A stretch of DNA of 64,000 nt from Amoebidium appalachense (lineage: Eukaryota; Protista; Ichthyosporea), in the NCBI GenBank assembly GCA_963693365.1, contig CAVNZM010000004.1:7601093-7665092 (forward strand), read 5' to 3'. The translations under genes were made by a program, and so were the position numbers. Positions 44,307 through 58,356 of this stretch are shown here, one piece after another (the stretch's first letter is position 1; each line of letters begins with the position of its first letter). The notes beneath the pieces were generated by a model, which saw only the letters and a list, made by a program, of their open reading frames with translations, did no database searches and had not been told where the DNA came from.

Positions 44307-45333
44307 GTGCAGCGTCCATTGAGGTGGTAGCTGTTTGCTGGTGTCTTTGGCTATAGTTTCTGTTCTCAAGCGGTGTTTTGGTTTCCTTTCATTACTATCA
44401 GGTCTTTTAAATTGATATTAATAAGGCATTATTAGTGACAAGTTTACTGAACACGGATTGTACGCGATTGCATAGGGCAAGTTTTCCAAGAAATTTCCTC
44501 TTGATACACAGTATGCTGACGCGTCGTTACCGAAGTGCACTAAGCACCTTGAAGGGTTTACGTTGGTCAATATATTACGAATGTGTGTGCCATATATAAA
44601 AAAAATGGATGTTTGAGAGGCTCAGAATTATTCTGGCATATATATAGTTTATCTGCGAAGGACACACCGTGCATTGATAGGCCTTATCATTTCTAAATGA
44701 TAGCTGTGTACCCTAAATTCACGTAATGCATGCCATCGGCAAGAGTGCATGTATGCTCTACAAGTTTCTACCCAATGTAGCTATAAAACAATAAAGAAAG
44801 TAGGAATATTGCAAAATCGGAAACAATATGTATGGACTGCGCGATCGCACGACTAACCAAATATAGAAATTTGGGCAGGAAGTTTTTGCGCGCCAAAAAA
44901 AAGTTTTTATAAAACAATAAAAAAAGTAGGAGTATTATGGCATACTTCTACTGATGATACATGATATAGAATCTCCACGTTCATATTTCTATTGTCAAAC
45001 GTGGATGGATACAAAAAAAGACGCCAACTGTGCAGGTGCAGGTGTAGTAGAACTTTGCACGGCTCTGCAGTGCCATGCAAGTTGCAAACGAGAATTGCCT
45101 TGGTGGTTTCATGATGAAAGCCAGAATCAAAAAGAATAAGGGGTAATCTACCGTATACGTACTTTCAATCCAGGAAGCTCGAAATCATTGTCGGGGCTGT
45201 ACATACTATAAAGTAAAACGTCAACCCGTTAGCCAAAGGCTTGCAGTATGGCAAAACTGAAAAACTTGGTGGCGGTGGTGGGCAGCTTCTTTTTTGTGTG
45301 GGTGGGTGGGCGTGGGTGGGTGGGGGGGCAGGG

Positions 45334-45364
<31 letters not shown>

Positions 45365-46226
45365 TGCTTGGAGGGGGTGGGGAGGGTAGGGTACTAAGCC
45401 ATCATGTTTGAGAAAACGAAATGCACAATGTATTATGATATTCATAATCAGTTCTAACTCAGTGCTGTGAAGTTTCCCGCCTCAATCAATAATATCAGTG
45501 TACCTTTCCCCATGGTGCCGGGAGGTTCAGCTGTGCCAGCACATACATGTGGTATGACGCCGCTCGCAGCCACGAAACCATGCCATCTGCCACGTGTGTA
45601 CCATGATATGATGGTTTACATCATCGGTCCAACCACATCAGCGGAATCATTACGCAAAGACACACTTGTTCTGCACATGTTGCATTCTGGTGATGTGGTT
45701 TGCTCTCAGTGGCACGAGTTGGTGGGCTTGTGTGCACGTGGGTGTTAACATTGGTGTGGGCTTGGAGTGGTGCATGCTGTTGCTTTGCAATATGTCACGG
45801 TACTGTACTTGTGTGTCACATGTGTGTGTGGAGGGGGGGAGGGGGGTGGGGGGGGAGGGGGGGGGAAAGGGGAGGGGTGGGAAGTTGTTTGTGTGTGGGG
45901 GAGGGGGAGGGAGAGAGGGTAAGTGAGCGAGAGCCGGAGAGCCTGAGAGAGCGAGCGAGCGAGTCGGGAGAGAGGGTGGCCGGGTGAAGGGGGGTTAGAG
46001 CAGGGGGGGGGGGGGGGGGGGGGGAGATAAAGGGAGAGGGAGAGGGGGGGGGGGGAGGAGGGAGAGATTGGGGAGGGGGGGGGGGCCGGGGGGGGGAGAA
46101 TGGAGAGAACTGAGTCTATTATTAGAAAGAGAAAGAGAGTGTGTCTGTGCTTGTGTGTGCATGTGTTTATCACGTGTGTGTGTTCGCACAGCTTTTTCTT
46201 TTTCTTTCTTTTTCTTTCTTTCTTTC

Positions 46227-46279
<53 letters not shown>

Positions 46280-46503
46280 GGACGAGTTTAGGAAAGGGGG
46301 GGGGGGGAGGGGGGGAGATAGATGCGGAGAGAGAGAATGGAGGGAGCTGAGAGAGGGAAAGAGAGAGTGTCTGTGCGTGTGGTGTGTATCACGTGATACT
46401 GCGTGTGTTTGCACAACTTCACAGCCTTTTCTTTTATTTTTCTTTTTTTCTCTCTTTCCTTTTTTTTTTCTTTTTTTTTTTTTCTTTACTTCTCTTTTTG
46501 GGT

Positions 46504-46536
<33 letters not shown>

Positions 46537-46656
46537 GGGGAGGGGGGGGGGGGGGGATGGGTTGAGAGAAAGGGGGGACGGGGGGGGGGGGGGGGTTGCG
46601 GTACTGGACGTACCGTGAATCGGCGTACCCCTACGCTGAGTCACGCCAGGTACTCA

Positions 46657-46691
<35 letters not shown>

Positions 46692-47788
46692 CAACAACAA
46701 CAGCAACAACACCACCACCACCATTAACAACAACAACTGTTACAACAACAACAACAACCGTTGCTTTAGCTGGGATCTGAATCTTATGTCTATTTATTGA
46801 ATTTTCGAATTCTCTTTCTTTGTTTAAAAGTATTATTCTCTTGCTTGAGGATGGGAAGTGGTTGGACTCGACATTATGTGTTTCACTTTGCTCACGATGT
46901 TACAACATTCTTCTGCCAGTTGCAACATATTATAAGCTAGTTGTGTGCAGTTGGGTGTCTGTGACCCTTAAGGGTGGTCACACTTGCTTTTTTTCCCAGC
47001 TGCTGATGTTTCACGTTATTTTCTGAGCCCCAGGCCCGTGGCCACATGGTCTACCTAGAGCTATCCCCACCTCCCCATTGCCACACCTCGAAACACACTT
47101 CAGCACACATCGACGGGAACTGTTGTTGATAGTATTTGTGAACTTGGTCTATTGATGACGAACGGAAATCACGACCACGTGCAATTGTGACAAAGATATA
47201 AATGCATGGAGTTGGTCATTTTTTCCTTTTAAGCTTCAGTGGCGCACGGCACTGCCATGATGTGATAAGCAAACATCGCTTTTGCATAGCACCCAGGGGG
47301 CGGGTTGGTGCAATGGTACATAAGATCTCTGCGTGTCAAGCTCAATGGCGCAGGATCGATCCTGGTTACTTCCGATTTTTGTTCTGCCTCACGCTCGACG
47401 TACGGTCCACCGGTCTGGCCGCCCCCTAGAAGCCATCACCCCAGACCACGTCAAGCAGCACCACCCCGGCCGCAAGACATAACGTCATGAACAGCACCGG
47501 CCCTCTGACGTCGACAGCGCGCCGCTTGGGCATCCCGGCCCAACGTTCAAGTAGGAGACCAATCCGAGTCACCGGCCACGGTTCGGGTCAGCGTCCTGGG
47601 CATGGGGTTTTCCCTTTCAAGTCTTTAGTGTATGTGTCCCGGGTCGCTCCCGGCTGGTGTTGTTAAAGTGAGCTGTGCTCACTTCCCACTAGGGCGTTGC
47701 TGTGGCTAGAACCGTGGGATAAAGGCGTAACTAAAAATAGTGCCAGTTGGGGTCAATTAGAATCCTGACTTATCATATGAGTGTGCTA

Positions 47789-48184
47789 TACAGTACGACC
47801 TGTGTCTAGGCGGAAGACGGTAAGGTCCATTGAGGCTGTGCCTCGCCGGGAGTGAAACGGGATAAAATAAAAAAAATAAAAAAAATAAAAAATAGCACCC
47901 AGCTTTGCACAAGTCCACACTGCAAATGCCTACATACAGGACCTGGTATCGATCAATGACATGTACCCAGGGATTGCTGAGTTCCCGCGTAGATTTCAAA
48001 TTTGGGTTCGATAATGATTATCACAATCATATAGTACTTAATATGATGTGTGCATATGCATGTGATTAAGATATGCCTAGTCTTTGAAATTCATCGAGTG
48101 ATCATGATGAATGTCAATGAACGACATATGATGACAAATTTCACCACACTTACGGGCACGGATAAACACACATGCGTGCGCGCG

Positions 48185-48229
<45 letters not shown>

Positions 48230-48527
48230 ACGCACACGCACACACACTCACACACACACACACACACACGTGCGCGCGCACAAGCACACACGCACACACG
48301 CACACGCACACGCACAAAAACACACACACACACTTCCCCACAAGCGAGGCCGAGGCCCAAACCGTGTTGTAAGTTAGGATTTGTAAAGGCGTGTTAGCTT
48401 CGCTGAAGGCACCATTAGTATGATTAGCACCCTAGCTAGGGTACAGACGTCGATGTCTGGTGGAAGACGATAGTTCCCATCAGGGAGCCCTAAGGGTCCC
48501 CCAGGGGAAAAAGCGGAATAAAAAACC
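47789..48527 (+). repeat. Two diverged copies of a retroposon-like 3' tail
   Basis: 47789-47892 and 48442-48527 share TACAG...TGTCT.G.GGAAGACG.TA...CGG.ATAAAA and end in an A-rich or (CA)n tail. Confidence 0.5.
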
Positions 48528-48528
48528 T

Positions 48529-48605
<77 letters not shown>

Positions 48606-48812
48606 CACACACACACACACACACATACTGTGGCACTGATGTACCATTGCTACGCGTGTGTAAAGTTGTGCGAAAGTTTGTTCATGGATGTGCACTCAAG
48701 AGAAACTTTTGAGACAGAGATAGAGAAGAGCGAGATTGGGGGTTCTAGCGGAAAAAAGAGTGAGCAAGGAAAGGAGGTAGCTCCGCAGGGAGCGGGAGAG
48801 AGGGGGCCGAGA

Positions 48813-48846
<34 letters not shown>

Positions 48847-49856
48847 AGTACATAGTGGCCCATCGAATAGAAATGGATATTCCTACTTTTTTGTTTGTCC
48901 TTGTCTTGGGAGGTATTTTTTAGCATTTCCAAACAAAAAAAAAAGCATTGGTTTCATACCCAACTGAGCGATCACATGCATTCATCCGGGCTCTTGCAGC
49001 CTCTTGGTTGAGTTCATCACACATATGCATACCCTTGTGTTTCTATGTTTCTGGATTCAAAAACGAAAAAAATTGGAAGTTCTATAACCTCTGATGTCCA
49101 AAAGGAGGTTGTATGCCATTCACGTGCAAGAGTCCTGAGCCCGCTGCATGCCCGTTGAGTCATACTGACGGTCTGGCCCGCTGCGCCTGTAACCAATCTA
49201 GATACATAGATCTGTCGGCAACTCTGATTGGTGATCAGTGTGCATTCCAAGATTGCCGAACTTCTTGGGGGTCCGCGCGCGCCCAACTTTACATGATGAT
49301 CATCATACTTGTTGGTCAAGTGGTGCTTGAAAATGAATCGAAATGAGAACAGATATGAAAAATTATGATGCGTCACTGACCGTCTGGTAGACAAAGATAT
49401 TTGTGCGCCGGCCTAACGAGCAACGGAAGGGCCGCGGACCGCGGTGCTATACACATGTAGCAATGATGGCTCTGAACCTGTGTAGGTACGTGCGGAAGAG
49501 GAACTTTGTTACGTTTGCCATCTGTGATTGGACAAGTCAAGGATGACTCAGATCATGACTCAGCAGGGTTCGAAATTCAATCCGAAACCCGCTCGATGGC
49601 GAGTAGTGGGACTCACTGTGGCACCACAGAGCACCACCTCTAAGCTCTACATAAGATACTGGCAGGCGAATGCGGGGCTCCCGTCTGCTAGATGGGCCGG
49701 TGGCTCATGCCCCTCGCGCAGGTACAATCCAAAACTGTTATGAGAAAATGAATGTTGAAGAGTGTGTGTGTTTCAAATCCAATTCATGTGTGTGTGCATG
49801 TGCTCATGTGTGTACACGTGTGCGCGTGTGTGCGTTTCTGTTGTGTCACAGTGTGC

Positions 49857-49941
<85 letters not shown>

Positions 49942-50034
49942 TATATGTGTCACGGTTCCTGTCGCGAGAAACTAGGAGGTACATGTGTGGGGAAAGTCTT
50001 TGGGCGTTTGGGACAGGAAGAGAGGGGTGGGGTG

Positions 50035-50076
<42 letters not shown>

Positions 50077-50210
50077 GGGGGGGGGGGGGGGGGTGTTAAT
50101 AAACACGCGTCCCACCCAATCAGAAAGAACTTCTTTGCAGATGGGTGGCCATATGCTTTTAGACACATGACCAAAAAAAAGTTGCAGAGTACCGGTGTTA
50201 CAACTCTGGT

Positions 50211-50445
50211 AGTACCGTGTGGGCATTGTTTCTCCACCACGTGTACATATAATTTGTTGATATTGCTGAGGCAATAATTGCAGAATGGGGTCCCATCTCT
50301 GATAGCACTGTGTGGGCATTGTTTCTCCACCACATGTACATAATACCGTGTGGGCATTGTTTCTCCACCACGTGCCACGTACAAAGTAGTAAGGCCGGGG
50401 TTCCAGCTCTGAAAGTACCGTGTGGGCATGGTTTCTCCACAGCGT
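50211..50445. repeat. Four copies of a ~29-bp motif with variable spacing
   Basis: GTACCGTGTGGGCATTGTTTCTCCACCAC variants at ~50212, ~50305, ~50344 and ~50415. Confidence 0.85.
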
Positions 50446-50459
50446 ATACGAGAAAGAGA

Positions 50460-50540
<81 letters not shown>

Positions 50541-50556
50541 ACACAGACACACCGCC

Positions 50557-50603
<47 letters not shown>

Positions 50604-50744
50604 CATACACACACATGCATGCACGCAGCATGCACACACGCACACACACACGCGCGCACAAGGCACGCACGGACGCACACACACAAAACAGACACAAACT
50701 TAGTTTGAAGGAAAACGGGGTCCCAACATTACATCCCCTTCATC

Positions 50745-50792
<48 letters not shown>

Positions 50793-51029
50793 AAAAAAAA
50801 AAAAAAAAAGGATACACACTTAGTGCAGCACATAAACTACCCGGGGTTCCAACATCACGTCCACTTCATCAATCCCTTATATCACAAATGCATTACAATG
50901 AATCCCCCCCCTCCCCCCCCCCCCCCCCCCGAAAAAAAAAGAGAACCCCCCCCCCCCCTATGACTACCTGTACAAGAGAGTCTCCCCTACCCTATACCCT
51001 ACTCTATGACTCCCTGAAGAGCGCTATTC

Positions 51030-51110
<81 letters not shown>

Positions 51111-51504
51111 CGTATGTGTTCACACACACACACAGGCACTCACGGACAGACAGAGACATGATGAACATACGTCCACACACACACACAGACATGTGTACAC
51201 ACATACATGTGCAGACACACAGACTCTATGTGCACACACCGTGCGCACCTATCTCGAACAAAATAACGTCTATGACCCTAAATGCATCGCATAAAGCAAT
51301 TGCAACTTCCTCCCACCAACCTTTAATTCTCCTCGCCCGCAATGCTCATAAAAAAATATGCACAGATTCGTGACGATATAAAAAAAATATGCATGCGCAT
51401 GCAGCATTTCAGTGCCCCGGTTGCAAACGTGCATTTCACCTTCCGAACTGAGTGCCGGTGCTAGAGAGAGAGAAAGACAGAGAGAGAGGGGGGGGGGGGG
51501 GGGG

Positions 51505-51552
<48 letters not shown>

Positions 51553-51724
51553 GGGGGGAGGGAGAGAGAGAGAGGGAGCGAGGGAGAGAGGGAGAGAGAG
51601 GGAGAGGGAGGGAGGGAGGGAAGGAGGGGGGAGGGGAGAGGGGGAGAGAGGGGGGGGGGGGGGGGGGGAGAGAGAGAGAGAGAGAGAGAGAAAGGGAGAG
51701 GGGGAGAAAGAGAGAGTGAGAGTG

Positions 51725-51787
<63 letters not shown>

Positions 51788-52212
51788 GGGAGAGAGAGAG
51801 AGGGAGAGAGAGGGAGAGGGAGGGAGAGAGGGGGGAGGGGGGGGGGGGGAGAGCTCTCTCGAGAGAGAGTGAGAGAGAGAAAGAGTGGGAGGGAGAGAGA
51901 GAGGGAGAGAGAGGGACAAGGGGTGGGAGAGAGGGAGGGATGGGGAGGGGAGAGAGAGAGAGACTCAGATGCCTAGCTAGGGAGGGAGGGAGAGATAAGA
52001 GAGAGAGAGAGGAAGGGAGAGAGATCTAGAGGGGGAGAGAGATGGAGAGAGGGAGGGAGGGAGGGACAGGGAGAAGGGGGGAGGAGGGGGAGAGCAAGAG
52101 ATCGAGAGAGAGAGAGAAATAGCGAGAGAGGGAGACACAGAACGAGAAAGACTATCGCCGAGGGGGGGGGGGGGGGGGGGGGGGGGGGAGAGAGAGAGAG
52201 GGGGGGGGGGGG

Positions 52213-52305
<93 letters not shown>

Positions 52306-52620
52306 TTAAACGACCACACCCACCAGCTAATGCAGGCACAAAGATAGGAAAGGGCATGTCGAGCAGCACTTAAACAAGATGCTGGCTGGGGTACGTGTCA
52401 CTGGGAGTTCATTTTTAAACGAAATGTGCTTTTGCGGGACCCGGATTATTCAGGAATTACAATTTGGTGGACGTCAACGTGATAAAAGTTAGCTCTGTGT
52501 ATGTTTTGATCAATTGTGCGCGATCATGAGGTTTGATCAAATTGTGGACTGCTGAACTTCGGGTTTGCAAATTTGGCCATGGGGCTTCCCCTTAACCTGC
52601 ATTTATGTCTCGCTATGTAA

Positions 52621-52908
52621 GTGCTCAACTACATCGGCAGAGAAAACTTGCAAAAAGCAGAATTATTCTGCAAAAAGCAGAATTATTCTGCAAAAGCAGC
52701 CTTGAATTGAATTATTCTCAGTGAGCAGAACCACTCTGCTTTTCGCAGAATCATTCTTCTTTTAGCAGAGTTATTCCGCAAAAAGCAGAATTATGCTGCT
52801 TTCGACAGCAGAATAATTCTGCTTTTAGCAGCGTAATTCTGCATAATACTGCTTTTTACAGAATAATTCTGCTCGAAGCAAGTTGACTCAGCCGATGTGG
52901 TTGGGCCC
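52621..52908. mobile_element. PIF/Harbinger-like MITE with internal palindromic GCAGAATTATTCTGC repeats
   Basis: Left end TAA|GTGCTCAACTACATCGGCAGAG; reverse complement of the right end TAA|GGGCCCAACCACATCGGCTGAG. Interior is about ten degenerate GCAGAATTATTCTGC units. Confidence 0.75.
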
Positions 52909-53260
52909 TTATGCTACAGTATGCGTGATGCATATACATTGTGCGGACCGGACATCATCTTCTGGTCAATAATGTTTCCAAATCACCTGAGCGTGAAGTC
53001 TCGAATGCCGGCTGTAATGCCATATTACATTGTTTAGCCTTTGTCTCGTGCACGTGTGCACATGACATTCAAGTTGTACTATTTACTCTGATGAAATCGA
53101 ACATAGTATATGCCATCCGGGCCATGTCCATGTAGCCAACATATTTCTTGGGCTGCATTTGCCGCAGTCACAGTGGTGTCTGGATTTGTCCGTCTTTAAC
53201 AAGCAAAAAGCCATATTTGTGTGCTCACTGTCCAAACACTGTCACCAAAATAGGGGGGGC

Positions 53261-53295
<35 letters not shown>

Positions 53296-53689
53296 GGGAG
53301 GCACTGAGTACCTGGCGTGACTCAGCGTAGGGGTACGCCGATTCACGGTACATCCAGTACCGCAACAAGGGGGGGGGAAGGGGGAGGGGAGAGACAGAGG
53401 GAGGGAGATCTAGAGATAGAGGGAGAGAGAGAGAGAGAAATGTGAGAGTGAGAGAGAGAGAGGCAGAGAGAGAGAGAGGGAGGGAGGGAGAAAGAGAGAG
53501 AGAGAGAGGGAGGGAGAGAGCCTCGGAGGGGGGGGGGGGGGGAGAAGGAGAGAGAGAGGGAGAGAGAGAGAGACTCTGCCAGCGGAGACAGAGAAAGATA
53601 GACTCGCCGCTCGGGTGTGTGTATGATGTGTGTGAATGTATGTCACCACTGTGTGTGTGTGTGTGTGCCGTATGATTGTGTGTGTGTGG

Positions 53690-53722
<33 letters not shown>

Positions 53723-54490
53723 TGTGCAGCGTTCTTGTGCACTAGTTGACAGGACGCTTGTTTCAACCGTGTCACAGGCAGCGCTGAGGGAGTTTTCATC
53801 GATATGCCACCAGTTTGCGGCGGAACATACTACCAGTAGATTATGGCCTGATAGCCTTTAACAGTGACCTTGAAGGGAACATGAATGGATGATATCGAAT
53901 CTTCGAAGATTCGAATTCATATCATGAGACAAGCTTCAGGCCGCTACGGTTTGCATCTGTGCATGTACAGCTGCAAAGCGGTAGCACAGCATGTGAGCTA
54001 ATATATTCTCTTGGCAAGTTATCATGGATTTTTCTCAGACTCTTTTCTTGTGCCATGTTAGTATGTGTACCCCAAAGTCCAGCGTTAGGAGTGTAACTAC
54101 ACAGCCAATGATTATGCCATATCTACAATAAGTTGTAATTCCTCATCCTATAGGCTAGGTGTGTATGTGGCCAGCACCGACACACACCGAAGCACAGGCT
54201 GCGACTGCCACCTTCATTACTTATGTGTCATCTAAAACATGACGTGTCCAGCACATCATAGTTACCTAATATACATCATCATCCGTTGAAAAGGTCTTAG
54301 AGCTACTTAGACCAACTCCAAATTAAAATCTTTATGTTGCATACGCGCACTGTTTCTTCACGAATATCGATTGCCAGGTCGGTGCAATGGTTTTCCCCCT
54401 TAATGATAACGGTTTGCAGACTCATAATAAATAATAAAACACTTCCAGCATGACATTGTATGAATTCGAAGTAAACTTCGAATGCATTGT

Positions 54491-55380
54491 TCAGCACCAA
54501 GGCCGCCAGAATGCAGTCACGTTTGTGTATGTGTGCGTGTACGTATAAGTCTCTGTGTCATGTGCGCGTGCGGTGTGTGCCGCCGCCTGCCAACATGGTG
54601 TTGGTGCCGGCCAGTACCTGTGCACGTGATGTTCACTGTTTGCCCGGGCCCATGTCGACGCTGGTGGCGCGGGACTAGAAACTGGTGTCGGGTAAGCTTC
54701 CGTATCACTCTTTTCAACGGTGTGCATGCGGCGTGGTTGAAGGGGACGCACGGGGAGGTTGCGAGGGGTTGAAGGTGCGGCACGTTCGATTTTTGTATCG
54801 GTGACGGCCTTGAGCCATGGGCCTGCGGCCCTGCGATGTACGGCGGCGCGGTAGGATTCGGTGCGGCGACCGAGTTCGTGGCGTACGTGCTGCTGCCATA
54901 TGTGCCTGGAGAGGAGGAACACAGGGTAAGAATGTGTAGGTTATCTTAGAGAGGGAATCTTGCTTTCTCATGCTGTACATGTTGCAATTTCAGCAAACTG
55001 TTTTTGTGCGCACGTCCTTGGGAAGCGTTGGTGTGAGTAAATGACTACTACTATCATATGTATGATGGTCGGCTGATTGTATTGAGGCTGAACCACTCAT
55101 GCTATATGTTTCTCATCAGATATATAACAAAAGCATCGATCATTGTGAAACAAACTTGTACCGTGAACTGCATGCGCCTAAATGTTGTTGTGGTTTCTCA
55201 CCTCTCGCAGTTTGTGCGTGTTGCAGGCCGACCATGTGCGCGGCACCCAGGATACGTGCACACATAGTAGCGTGCCCACTCGGGGCAGCCCGATGAGGCA
55301 GACCCCTCCTCGTGGCTGTCACTGTCGGAATGCGAATCCGCGCTGGACGCTGGTGACCCGTACTGCATTGCTTCACTCAT
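54491..55380 (-). CDS. Two-exon protein (197 aa) with a single C2H2-type zinc finger
   Basis: Exon 55380-55202 (MSEAMQYGSP...YYVCTYPGCRAHGRPATRTNCER; donor AG|GTGAGA) joins in phase to exon 54905-54491 (HIWQQHVR...), giving C-x4-C-x14-H-x4-H. A TATA-like ATATAAA (~55470) and CCAAT boxes (~55500, ~55548) lie upstream on the minus strand. Confidence 0.75.
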
Positions 55381-56626
55381 TTTCGACCCTGAACTTTTGA
55401 TAAGATCTTTGAAAAACCTGCGGAGTGCAATGTTACGCCTGCTGCCTGCAATGACTGCGCCTTTCGCGCTTTATATGGTCTGCCATAGCATACTCTGATT
55501 GGCTGTTAGCGCTTCTTTTCCGATTTCTGAAAAAACGCCTTTTTGATTGGTTTTATCCGCACCATCATTGTTTATACATGACATATACCCAATCCTGTAG
55601 ACGTTTGTGGATAACCTGCGAATCGCCTAGAGGGGGCTGATTGTTGAACACCACTCGCAACAACCAGCGCGTTCCATGATAGATCTTGTTGCCGTAACGG
55701 ACCTAAAAATTAAATCCGACAGGCTTCTTTGCGTCACGCCTGCTGTGATGGTCAGCCTGAGCGTTAGAAGGCTTCTGGTAGAACTTCACGTGTAAAGTTT
55801 AGTAAATTCAAAGGGCCAAATCTTCCATTGTGGTGCATCATCGACTCATTATTGTACGGACAAAAATCTGAAAATTCGATTACCGACAGCCCTTTTGTGT
55901 CCTACCGGATTTGCACTCTGTAACAAAAATTCTACCTTGACATTCAAAATCTGCTTTCTCTTGTCCTCATGAACATGTTTCTCTTTTTGCAGCCGTCAAA
56001 GAGCAGCGTGACCGGTCCAAACCAACGGGGCGTCGGAGCCCAACCGGGCTAGATCTCCGCAACACCAATCGCATGTCGTGAAATTCGATAACGGTAACTC
56101 ACCAATCGGAAAAGGCTCCGAGCAAGGCAAATTGCCGGTGCAGATGACCGTTGTCGCCCGCGCCCAGGTCTCCCGCGGCCGATGTTGTGACATGGCACCA
56201 TGCCCTAGAGCTGCCGCCGCATCCCCTCGAGCCAACGCCAACTACGTAGCTACCAGGTTGCCCCATACCAGAGTTGACGTGCGGAAAAAGAGAGAAAAGT
56301 GAAAAAACAAAACAACATACCTAGATCTGAACCGTCGGCCACTGTAAATCTGTTACAGGACAGTCCGGATCCACTTGCAGATGTGCACGCCAGTGCGCTA
56401 TATATGTTAAACTGCTAGCTGAAACTTTCAAACGTGTACACACGCACATAACACAAACACACACACAAAAACACATGCACACACACACATGCACACACAC
56501 ACACACACGCACACACACATGCACACACACACGCACACACATACGCACACACGCGCGCGTGCGCGCACACACACACGCATTTGCACACACACACACATGC
56601 ACACAACACACGTGTACACGTGTACT

Positions 56627-56678
<52 letters not shown>

Positions 56679-56865
56679 CACACAGTGTCTCACATACATA
56701 GACATCACACGCACAACACACACACGCGCGCGCGCGCACACGCACACACATTCACACACACGCCACACACAGACATACACACACGCACACTGTCACACAC
56801 ACATGTACAAACACACACCGTGACACACCCACAGACACACGCGCGCACACACACACACACACACG

Positions 56866-56930
<65 letters not shown>

Positions 56931-57558
56931 GTGCACACTCTCGTGCACCGTGACACACAAACAGACTGATCATCTAAAAAGAGAGCGAAGATGAGAGAGA
57001 GAAGCACATGAGCACGGACACACACACGTGCACACACACACAGGCATACACACCTCCCGCCCTTGGCGACACCTGAACGTGTGTGAATTCGTGGCACTAT
57101 GCGCATCCATACGCGAGTCCTTGCATGCGTAATTGGTGTGGTACTGCACGCGTGAATGCATTGTTATTATTTTATGTACCGTGCACGCAAAGCTGAAGAA
57201 CTTGAATTTGAATTCTCAACGGATTCAAACTACGGTAAATGCGGATACATAAAGCCAACAGTGGGCAACCGTTATGTATGCATGTTAGTATCCCCGTTAT
57301 CCGGGGCCACCGGTCGGCCGTGGGATGGGGGGGGGGGGGGGGGGGGGGGAAGGGGGTTGTCCCTTGATGCATCTGTAACATCAGGACGGTCCTGACCGTG
57401 ACATATCTGCGATCAAATTCGAGAACTCGGAGCGCTATGCTGTTTTTCATCGTTTTTCAAACAGATCTACCTCAGAAGGGAGTTGGCGTTATGCATCATA
57501 CACAAAGCCTAGTAGTCTGACGTGCACGGTGTTTCAATTGCACCCATAAAAACAAAAC

Positions 57559-57639
<81 letters not shown>

Positions 57640-57752
57640 CTTTAAAGAGTAGGTTTATATACGCCATATACAAGCTATCAGGGATGCATCGATGATATCG
57701 ATGGATCCAAGAGCCTGGCATAAGGGGGCCGTGGGGGGCGGGCGGGGCGGGG

Positions 57753-57799
<47 letters not shown>

Positions 57800-57802
<3 letters not shown>

Positions 57803-58083
57803 GAATGTGTATAGACTGAGATTCAAGTACGAAATTCACATTCACAACGGAAAGTTTTAACATGTATACGTATACGGTGCGTGCAAACCACACGAGTATG
57901 CATAATAAGCAGAGCCCATCCTAAGGCCTAGGGCCGGGGGGCCCTAAGTCATCCACAGTGAACCCCAGTTTCAACCAATTGAATTTCACCTCAGTTGACG
58001 AAACCCAACTCAGATATACTCCTTCACTTGAGCATGGGTGGGTGGGCCACCCGCCTTGATCAGAGACGTGGCTCATCAGGGTT
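57800..58083 (-). repeat. Diverged copy of the hammerhead-like repeat family downstream of SELENOF
   Basis: Reverse complement reads aaccctg...cgtctctgatcaaggcggg...atctgagtt-ggg...ttGAAACtggggt...gatgacttagggcc...CTTAGGAtgggctctgcttattatgcatact...cacattctaac. Confidence 0.8.
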
Positions 58084-58156
58084 ACAAATTATAATAAGCG
58101 AGCAGGCAAAGGCTGCTGCTGCTGGTGGTGGTTGTGGTGGTGGTGGTTGTGGTGGT

Positions 58157-58192
<36 letters not shown>

Positions 58193-58356
58193 GGGAGGTC
58201 CAGAAAAGCTGTTATAATTTGAGGACCTCGTCATGCCGACACACAAGCTATTTGGAAAAACATAAACCAAGTACGCTTTATTGGGCGGCACAAACAGTAC
58301 ATGTATGGATCCAGCACAACCGTGTGCATTTTAAGGTGCGAGTTTATTGCTTGAGC

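Larger units (their letters stand above)
46595..53366. mobile_element. 6.8-kb segment bounded by 67-bp inverted repeats (candidate non-autonomous TIR element)
   Basis: 46595-46661 (GTTGCGGTACTGGACGTACCGTGAATCGGCGTACCCCTACGCTGAGTCACGCCAGGTACTCAGTGCC) is the reverse complement of 53300-53366 with one mismatch, and both continue inward into poly-C/poly-G. No transposase seen; any TSD is obscured by G runs. Confidence 0.55.

Noticed and set aside
47530-47620. tRNA or tRNA-derived SINE head (GGTTCGGGTC B-box-like)
   Set aside because: No cloverleaf and no convincing A box.
50211-50445. CRISPR-like array of four ~29-bp repeats
   Set aside because: Spacers are unequal and similar to one another, the repeats are degenerate, and there is no cas context.
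55990-56420. GC-rich, exon-like segments
   Set aside because: No consistent frame or recognisable protein could be assembled on either strand.
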